Source of the DNA: Lytechinus pictus
Lineage: Eukaryota
Direction: 5' to 3'
DNA: 64,000 nucleotides
Assembly (NCBI RefSeq): GCF_037042905.1
Contig: NC_087252.1
Location: 5,830,001 to 5,894,000 of the forward strand
Part shown: positions 56,167 to 64,000 of the stretch, one piece after another
How positions within the stretch are numbered: position 1 is the stretch's first letter
Layout: every line of letters starts with the position of its first letter
Made by a program: the position numbers and the translations under genes
Notes under the pieces: generated by a model
Seen by the model: only the letters and a program-made list of their open reading frames with translations
The model's database searches: none
Told to the model about the DNA's origin: nothing

Positions 56167-56311
56167 ATTGTCCAATCACCTCAACATACTATACGATCGG
56201 ATTCCTTAATCATCAGTGAAGTTACAAAGACAGACGCTGGTTTCTACACGGCCAGTGTTACTGATAATTCTAGAAGAATTGTCAGGTGTATGTTTCAACT
56301 TACTGTAGGAT
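56167..56311 (+). CDS. Ig-superfamily protein, exon 3 (second half of Ig domain 1)
   Basis: ctcgcttttcag|ATT; reads IVQSPQHTIRSDSLIISEVTKTDAGFYTASVTDNSRRIVRCMFQLTVG with the LxIxxVxxxDxGxY motif. Donor T|GTAAGT, phase 1. Confidence 0.85.
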
Positions 56312-57216
56312 GTAAGTACCTGAACATAAAAAACGGAGACATACTCATTCCAATAATCTGATGATAATGCGAGTCATCATCATCTTCATCTTGCTAATAT
56401 TAGTAACGAAAACAAAATTAATTATGATGATATCAAGAAAGATAGTTATTGCAACAACATGATTCCTAGTAATAAATAGCAATGAAAATAAAATGAAATT
56501 TCAGATTCAATAATACGGAGTCTAAAGCCTCTTATCAAAGACCACTTATTACTAGATACGCACTTATATCATCATTTTTAGGGGACTAACTTTATATGGA
56601 AATCAGTTTTATATTCCAAAAATCAGTTGTATTTTCCTTCTTTTATTTCTTAATTGGTAGATCATGTGAATTTTGAGGTGATAATCTAGGTATTCAGTAA
56701 ACAGGTAAATAACGGCTATATATAGAAATGACATAATAACAATTGCCAGATTCTTTTAATGTAAAGCAAAAAGTATTAGTAAGTTTCCTCCACATCGTGA
56801 GATCAGTGAGGGACGCTTCATGCACAACGTCATATCATTATTGCACGCTAATGAAGTATATTTGGACATTCTTATAGTACAAATCATATCTTTGAACAAG
56901 AGCCACATTATACAGTTTTTGCTTGATTGATATGATATTTAAAAACAGAGGGTTAATATGTGTAGGGCATGTAGAAGAGAAGAATATATCGCTATGAATT
57001 ATCAGTTTAATCATGACATACCCTGTTCTAACGTGTGGTATATTGTCATCCCATGAAATTACATTGTCCCTCATTGCATATCCCTGTATGGAGCTGACTT
57101 AGGGAAATTAGATTTGATCGATGCAGGAAGAGGCATATTTAAGGTAAATCTTCAAAACTTAGTTGTTTTAATATCGTGTCGAATACGATTCATATCTATA
57201 AGTAGTATAAAAGCAG

Positions 57217-57577
57217 TTAGAGGGAAATCCGTCCTTGGCCATAAAATGTTGTGTTGGGAAGGTGTAAATAAATTTAACAGAGTGGTGAAAGTTTCAAAGA
57301 AATCGGACAAGCTGTAAGAAGGTTAGAGCTGCTTTGAAATTGAGATCACTAATACTGTGTAGATTTCAAATTGGCAACTGTGTAAGTAAATTATGACAAA
57401 TATGCAGCCAATTTGAAGTCTCCATGGGTATAGTGATTACCAATATTTACAACTTTTCAAAATTCATAACTCTCTTGTTGTTTGTCCAATATTGTTCAAA
57501 CTTTCACCTATCAACTTGTCTGATTTTTTCTTTTCCTAGTAAAAACAAGTTTTTATTTGGGTTGGATTCCCCTTTAA
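57217..57577. mobile_element. TTAA-flanked (Kolobok-like) non-autonomous element
   Basis: Ends ttagagggaaatcc and ggattcccctttaa; internal inverted motifs ggtgaaagttt / aaactttcacc and ggacaa / ttgtcc. Confidence 0.5.
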
Positions 57578-57804
57578 AAATACACGATAAAAACCACTGT
57601 TACAAAAATATTAACAAATGTTATGAAAAGTGAATTATTCCATAAAAGTTTCATTTTAATGCATTCAATATAAGGCATCGTTTGACTCTCTGAAAAGTAT
57701 ATCGAAGGTCTCTTGGTGAGTAAATTACAAAAAAAAAACATCAAAACACATGTTTAATGTGACCTCCATTAAATTATATCTATATCAGATATTACATAAA
57801 TTTT

Positions 57805-58239
57805 ATGCAATATCTGATATAGATAAAATTTATGCAAGAACTTGATGAACATGATCTGTCAAATTTGAAAATTAGTAACATAGTTCGCCACATTACCTTA
57901 CTTCAATGTAATAAATATGTTCCCTCAAATTATTCAACCGATTAAGGAATATATAATTTCCACTTAGTATTGTTGAGGGATAACATTCATCGTTTTAAGC
58001 ATAAGCTATACCTGTGACCTCCACTAATGTAATATCTGATATAGATAAAACAAAAAAAAACATGTATGAACATGATATGTCCAATTTGAAAATAAGTAAC
58101 ACAATTTCCCACATTACCTTCATTCAACATCATAATATGTTTCCTCAAATTAGTCAACCGATAAAGGAATATATCGTTTCCACTCAGTATTGTTAGGGGA
58201 ATAATTAACATTCGTTGATTTAAACATAAGCTATACCTG
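57805..58239 (+). repeat. Diverged tandem duplication of ~220 bp
   Basis: 57805-58015 and 58027-58239 share aatatctgatatagataaaa...atgaacatgat...ccacattacctt...aaggaatatat...ataagctatacctgt. Confidence 0.85.
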
Positions 58240-59790
58240 TTCTCAATTTTTGTTTGAACATAATACATGCACAATGTCAATAATAACAATGCATTATAAA
58301 AGAACGGTTAGATATGCGCTTAATAAATTGCCTGTTAAATGACACTTTTTTCTTTTTCTCGATAGCAAGCCCGAATGGCAAGTACTCGTGTGATATAGGT
58401 GTTTTAGCCAATTAGGAAAAGTCACGTTGAGTTTCCGACTAGATAACTTCTGAGGGGGATAATTTTCCTGTTAACGGGATTAACGCCCATGCGGGTCAAT
58501 ATCTTTAAAAGGTGTTAATATCCTAACATATCAATCCTAATCTTATTTAATCTGTATGCAAGGTGCCTTCAAACCTCTCCAAAAGAAAACTGATCTCCAA
58601 CTGACATTCAAACGCACTAGAAGTTTTCGAGGAGGGTATTGGTGTACCCCTTCACGTGGTCATTCAATTAGCTTACACCCCTATGACTCACCCCTACTGT
58701 TACTCACATTGCGGCGAATAGAAGTTAGGGGGTACAGGTGGTAGGCTAAAGGGGGAAAGTGACCGCGATAGGAAATTCAGTTCCCAGTGAGATTCATCCA
58801 AGGGGGAACTAAAGGTTATATATCTCATTGGCATAACCATTGTCATGCTAACATAATGACAAGTTTAGGATAATCCGTGATCTATTTTCAAAATCAGGGA
58901 ATAATGTGTATTTCCTGTTTAGGGGCGAAGCAGGTATCAAAGTCAATGGCAACTTGGTCATTTACATCCCCTTCCGAGCATTTGATCAATGAATGGTGTT
59001 TTAAATGTTTAAATCTGCCTGTGCAATGATATCATAGGAAATACGTACATGTAGCAATTATATTGATAGTTTTAGTTTAACGGGGATCCGACTTTTCAAT
59101 TCAATTCAAGTAAACATTTTTTTCTTGCAAATCACATTTGTCATATGAAGTAAACAAATCAATGCAGGGGGCTCCATGTCTGCACACCTTACAAACATAT
59201 TTTAGTTGATAATGTTCCTCATATTCTTATGAGTGACACAAGCATTTACATGTACATGTATATCTTTATATTTACACGTGTGCTATTATATATTACATTC
59301 CAGTGGTAATTTCCAAAAAGGATATAGACAAATTGAAATTCATTAAAATCTTTATTCTTAGCCAAAAAAGGACAACTTTCTTCTCTGTTACTCATATCTC
59401 GAATCTTTGTTGGGAAATCGGATTTGTGCCAGCTAATGATAAAAATAGGCAAAGAGAATGTCATGAGACAGGTTTAGTTTTTACCAGTTGCAATGTCTTT
59501 GGGCCAAATGTTACTTTTTGGCTCTTAATCACAGACGTGTGACGACAGGTCCTTATAACCGCAACTACTTTGATCGGTAATATTCATGCATCATTTACTT
59601 TTTCGACCCGACATGAATTTCGAAACGAATATAACTTGGCTAGAACACCTTTGTGGCTCGGAAATTCAGAGTAACACATTTCGTGAAACCATGGACCTAT
59701 TATGGTGAAACATACCCACTCGCCCTTATCGCATATTGCATTTATGTACTTTGGAACGTTGAAATATCACCATGGTAACTCCTATCTGTA

Positions 59791-59915
59791 GGAGCGTCTT
59801 GGTCTACACGTAGTGGTTAAGACTCACGTTTGAGGGACGTGTGTTTGATACCCAGTTATGGCGTGTTTTCCATCAGCAAGAAATTTACCCACATTGTGCT
59901 GTACTCAACCCAGGT
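59791..59915 (+). mobile_element. Degenerate 5' part of the same tRNA-derived SINE family
   Basis: ggagcgtcttggtcta...gtgg head and core cccacattgtgctgtactcaacccaggt match the 33-kb copy. Confidence 0.65.
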
Positions 59916-60080
59916 CCGTGTAGAGTAGGACATTGCTCCCATTTGAAAAAAGATATGGTTTCGATACACGATACTGAAATTTTGCAAATGATAATTGTTT
60001 TCAAAAGCAAGTGAAAGTAGTGATTCATAAAAAATGACCCCCGTATTATGGCGTCGAAAATAATGGGGAAATGTCATTCA

Positions 60081-60323
60081 AAGAATAATAGTTAAAATGT
60101 ACACTCTTAAAATGTTGGGCAACATACTCTCCATACAAGAAATGGGTAATAAAGTATCCAACTCTTGGTAGTTTTCAACCAGTACTGTGTAGTTTTCACC
60201 CACATCTCACATTATTGGTTTAAAACTACTACCCACTGAGAAGTCGATAATTTGTTAACCTATTGTTGTGTGGACAGTATGTTGCCCAACATTTTAAGAG
60301 TGAACATATTAACTATTATTTTT
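60081..60323. mobile_element. Palindromic MITE with CACTC core termini
   Basis: cactcttaaaatgttgggcaacatact pairs with agtatgttgcccaacattttaagagtg; symmetry continues about 20 bp outside these termini. Confidence 0.8.
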
Positions 60324-60470
60324 ATTGTGCCTTGTAATATGACTATTTATACTTTGTATCGAAAAAAAAGCTTACAGTCATCGTATGGCTCGTGATGCAT
60401 TTTGATACAAGAATACTCTACACTGTTCTGTTTACAAACTCCTATACATGCCTAAAGGGATTCTGCAAGA

Positions 60471-60810
60471 TTTTTGTGCAAGCTCGTCCCTGTATTTTTG
60501 TGCAAGCTCGTCCCTGTATTTTTGTGCAAGTTCGTCCCTGTATTTTTGTGCAAGCTCGTCCCTGTATTTTTGTGCAAGCTCGTCCCTGTATTTTTGTGCA
60601 AGCTCGTCCCTGTATTTTTGTGCAAGCTCGTCCCTGTATTTTTGTGCAAGCTCGTCCCTGTATTTTTGTGCAAGCTCGTCCCTGTATTTTTGTGCAAGCT
60701 CGTCCCTGTATTTTTGTGCAAGCTCGTCCCTGTATTTTTGTGCAAGCTCGTCCCTGTATTTTTGTGCAAGCTCGTCCCTGTATTTTTGTGCAAGCTCGTC
60801 CCTGTATTTT
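60471..60810. repeat. Minisatellite, 24-bp unit TTTTTGTGCAAGCTCGTCCCTGTA, about 14 copies
   Basis: Direct tandem copies with no spacers and one C>T variant in the third unit. It explains the five overlapping periodic ORFs in the track. Confidence 0.97.
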
Positions 60811-61853
60811 GGGGGGTTATGAACAGAAAACAACCTAGGCGGCTTTAGTGATCTTAAAAACATATCAAATATAACATGAATGGAGTCCTATTTACATACA
60901 TGTTTTTTTTTTTCAATATCTAGTAAAGATAGATGTACTTTCCCTTACCCTTTCAGGGTGAAAAACATATAGTTCTTGCTGATCTACACAAAAAAGCAAG
61001 ATGGAGGTAAAATAAATAAACTAATATTTCTTTGCAGAAGCTGATGAATTCAATAACCCCGATTTCTCGTTCTTGTTTTGATTTTCTTTTTCAATAGGAC
61101 ACTGATTTGTAAAGACAAACATTTAGAATTTTGTATCAATGACACATTTGAAGAATGTTTTATTCAATTAGTTTGTGGTTGTTGATGACAGTTACAATGA
61201 ATGAATCATCATGATTAGAGAGACCTTAAGATCCTCTTACAGAGTCGAGATCTGCTTCCCCCTCCTTTCCTTCCTTTCAAGCAAAGACAAAACGTAATGT
61301 TGGCAGAATCTGTCAAAGTTAGTCACTTCGTAAGCCCCTCGATAATACAGGGGGCCTAGCAGACGATATTTTGCCACGTTGTCTGGATATATTGCCTCTT
61401 TATTAAAGGTGAAAATCGAATGAAACTATCCAAATTGAAATCCTATCAATCACAATCACAACTTGTCAGACATAATTATAACTTTTTAATGTTTTTAAAT
61501 TGATTTCATATGCTAGATACTCTCCAGTCTGTTACCATATCCTTTCTTTAAAAAAATCTGAAATGCTTTTTACCCTAACACTAAAGCTTAATTTCAAGAT
61601 TTATTTTCTAATCTTTCCGTATACTTCATTTCCTCACTCTAACAGATAATTGTTATCATCACGTTTTGCATTATTATGATGGGATCATATCTAATACTGA
61701 CGTTTATCACCACCATCAGCATCACATAATAATAATTATAGTTTTCAATTAATATGATTAATTTCAACACCATTTTACTTTACAAATTTACATTATCTTC
61801 ACTGCACAAATTACATTCGTGTATTATTTTTCTCTCATTTTCTCCTCAATTAG

Positions 61854-62033
61854 ATGGCCCAGAGTTAGTTGATGTTGTTCCAACCACGGTCACAGCCAAT
61901 TTCTCTCGTCCATTTATCTTGACCTGTCCAGTAAGAGGTGTTCCGTTGCCCCATGTTATATGGAGGAAGAATGGGCGCACATTGGCACCCTCGGCCAATG
62001 TCCAATTCGATGGTCTCGATATTAGTTTTGCAT
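61854..62033 (+). CDS. Ig-superfamily protein, exon 4 (first half of Ig domain 2, I-set-like)
   Basis: Pyrimidine tract ...ctcaattag|AT; reads (Y)GPELVDVVPTTVTANFSRPFILTCPVRGVPLPHVIWRKNGRTLAPSANVQFDGLDISFA with LTC-x3-G-x-P-x-P-x3-W-x-KNG. Donor T|GTAAGT. Confidence 0.92.
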
Positions 62034-62732
62034 GTAAGTATACGTTTCAGAGGTATTCTCAAGATTGCTATATGGTGACTTGTTTGAAGTTGTCGAAATT
62101 GAGTCAGCAGATTACTGATTTCGAAATTGAAAGAAAATGTTTATAGATAAACCATGAACATTATTATTTAAGTTATTCAAATTAGTAACAATCTATTTAT
62201 GCAGTAAACATGGTAAAAAAATAAGTTAGCAATAGAAAGTCTCAGCCTCCATTAAAGAGAGGGGGTCTCCAGACCCCCCCCCCCCCCCTCACCATCTCTC
62301 TCCTTCTCTCTTTCTTTATTTCGGAACAAAAATGGAAAGAGAATTTATTCCTGAACACCTGTCTCGGATTTTAGAACGAAATCTTCGGGTATCTATGATT
62401 CACGATGAATGTTCTTCAAGAGGAGTTTCATCTTAGAATTCAGATTCTGACAGTTCAAAACAGCATTGTCAGTAATATCAAATTGGAGAAGCATGTCTTT
62501 TAATAAAAAAAAAATCAAAAGATCATATTTCGTTTAACGTTTCAATATCAAGTGAGATATAATACCTTCATTCTTTGAATGTCATATTTTAAAGAGATAT
62601 GATTTAGTAATGAAGATTTTTGTTTTGCACAAGCCTTGGGTTTTTTTGGTCGATCGTTTTGTTGGGGTTCGTGTGCTGGAGAGAGAGAGGGGGGACAGAA
62701 AGAGAGTATGAGAGAGACAGTCAGACAAATTC

Positions 62733-62736
<4 letters not shown>

Positions 62737-62826
<90 letters not shown>

Positions 62827-62829
62827 ATA
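62737..62829. repeat. (GATA)n microsatellite
   Basis: Direct inspection. Confidence 0.95.
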
Positions 62830-63017
62830 GAGAGAGAGAGAGATAAAAAAAATAAGGGAGAGAGAGAGATGGAGAAGAGGAAATAAGGGGGTGTCAACGT
62901 CAACGAGTCGAGAAAGTGTTTTTTTATTTGGTATGTGAAATCCTGATAAACATAATAGTTTCATGTTTTTTCTTAAAGTTTTCTTAAGAGTTTTGTCTTT
63001 ATCATTCTTGTTTCCAG

Positions 63018-63110
63018 CCGTCTCTGATTCTGATAGAGGTCAATACCAATGTTCGGCAACCAACCCTTTTGGAACAGTCACCAGTCCGGTTACTATAATT
63101 AATATTCAAT
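63018..63110 (+). CDS. Ig-superfamily protein, exon 5 (second half of Ig domain 2); the gene continues beyond the window
   Basis: cttgtttccag|CC; reads (S)VSDSDRGQYQCSATNPFGTVTSPVTIINIQ with the DxGxYxCxAxNxxG motif. Donor T|GTAAGT, phase 1. Confidence 0.92.
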
Positions 63111-63924
63111 GTAAGTATAGGGGCGACCATCCCGGGCCCACCATTTCTTTCGTCATGTTCGTAGAATACGCTTCACTAGCAAACCATGCCGATTTCTGAG
63201 GTGTTCTTACACATGGTACATGAAAAAGGGTATTGATTCGTTTTATTTATCCGGACACAAATATAAATCTTAAATTCAAAGACGTATTGTCAATTTGCCA
63301 ATAAGATTGTCAGCAGTGCCGAGTAACGACTCATTTCCAGTTACTATTGTAAGAAACCATGGGCAGTGAGTCACAACTAATCATGAAATGATAAACTGTT
63401 CCGAAAAAAAAAAATCCGATAATGATTGCATGACATTTTCTGCGATGAAAATTTGCTTCGATGGAAAATCTGCACGTTAACCCAAACATAAAATCTAACC
63501 TCCAAAACTAAATTAACCTTAATCCTTATATTTACATTATTCTGAACCAAAAACTCGATTAGAATGCTAACTCTAACCTTGTGCCCTTTGAGATACGAGT
63601 AAATGTCACAGAAGCAAGTGTCGTGTCACCCCCATGACTCACTCGACAAAGAATGACCCCTAACGAGCGTAAATTTAAGTAATTAGAACTTTAATTCTGC
63701 TCTGCATTTTAGAATAGAAATTATGTTATGCAGGGGAGATCTTCAGACGTTATAATCATCATCATTATTATTATAATGATATTTTCTCACGGAGCAGGAC
63801 TGTGTATGATGTCTAAGGGGGTGTTGCAAGAAAATATTTACAATCAATCGCAAATATTATGTTGCACTTTTAACATGTATAATTTGATTTTAGCTGAAAT
63901 TTCTTGTCTTCCTATGTATTTTCC

Positions 63925-63995
63925 TTAAGCGCTTAGAGACATTCTTTGTGATAAGCGCTATATAAATTATGTTAATTATTATTATTATTATTAAT
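63925..63995 (+). mobile_element. 3' tail of a LINE/SINE ending in (ATT)n
   Basis: aagcgcttagagac...aagcgctatataaat...attattattatta resembles the tail of the 33-kb SINE. Confidence 0.5.
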
Positions 63996-64000
63996 TGATT

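Noticed and set aside
484..60077. Remaining 60-140 aa ORFs in the track
   Set aside because: Low-complexity or AT-biased composition, no recognisable domains, and no consistent splice signals; expected by chance in intronic DNA.
60392..60863. Five overlapping periodic ORFs, or a possible CRISPR-like array
   Set aside because: Pure tandem 24-bp repeat with no unique spacers, no cas genes, and located in a eukaryotic intron.

Overview
AT-rich, repeat-rich eukaryotic genomic DNA. The repeat types and long introns suggest a marine invertebrate, most likely a sea urchin or other echinoderm (inference). Almost none of the ORF-track ORFs are real genes; two spliced genes can be assembled by hand. 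(1) Minus strand, about 46.5 kb to below 2.4 kb: a small secreted precursor built from a signal-peptide exon (46341-46430), a 24-nt microexon (29380-29403) and a 6-cysteine exon (3982-4179), all joined in phase 0. The 103-aa product is MGSWMKLSVVAFLLALVIITEARYSKNNMD-AFKELIFK-CRVKQYEQCYHSYGGRARSRRWWLCDCPDGYSCDYSPDNREFRCMPNRDDPTRYTRRIIWSRGVL. Its Cys domain closely resembles the vertebrate neuropeptide CART (EQC...LCDCPxGxSC...C), which is the main finding. (2) Plus strand from about 51.9 kb, running off the window end: the first five coding exons of an immunoglobulin-superfamily protein (signal peptide plus two Ig domains, the first with an unusual cysteine arrangement), transcribed divergently from gene 1. 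The rest is intronic or intergenic: non-autonomous DNA transposons/MITEs (one family in three copies), tRNA-derived SINEs, microsatellites and a 24-bp minisatellite. No prokaryotic features, CRISPR arrays, rRNA or intact tRNA genes were seen.
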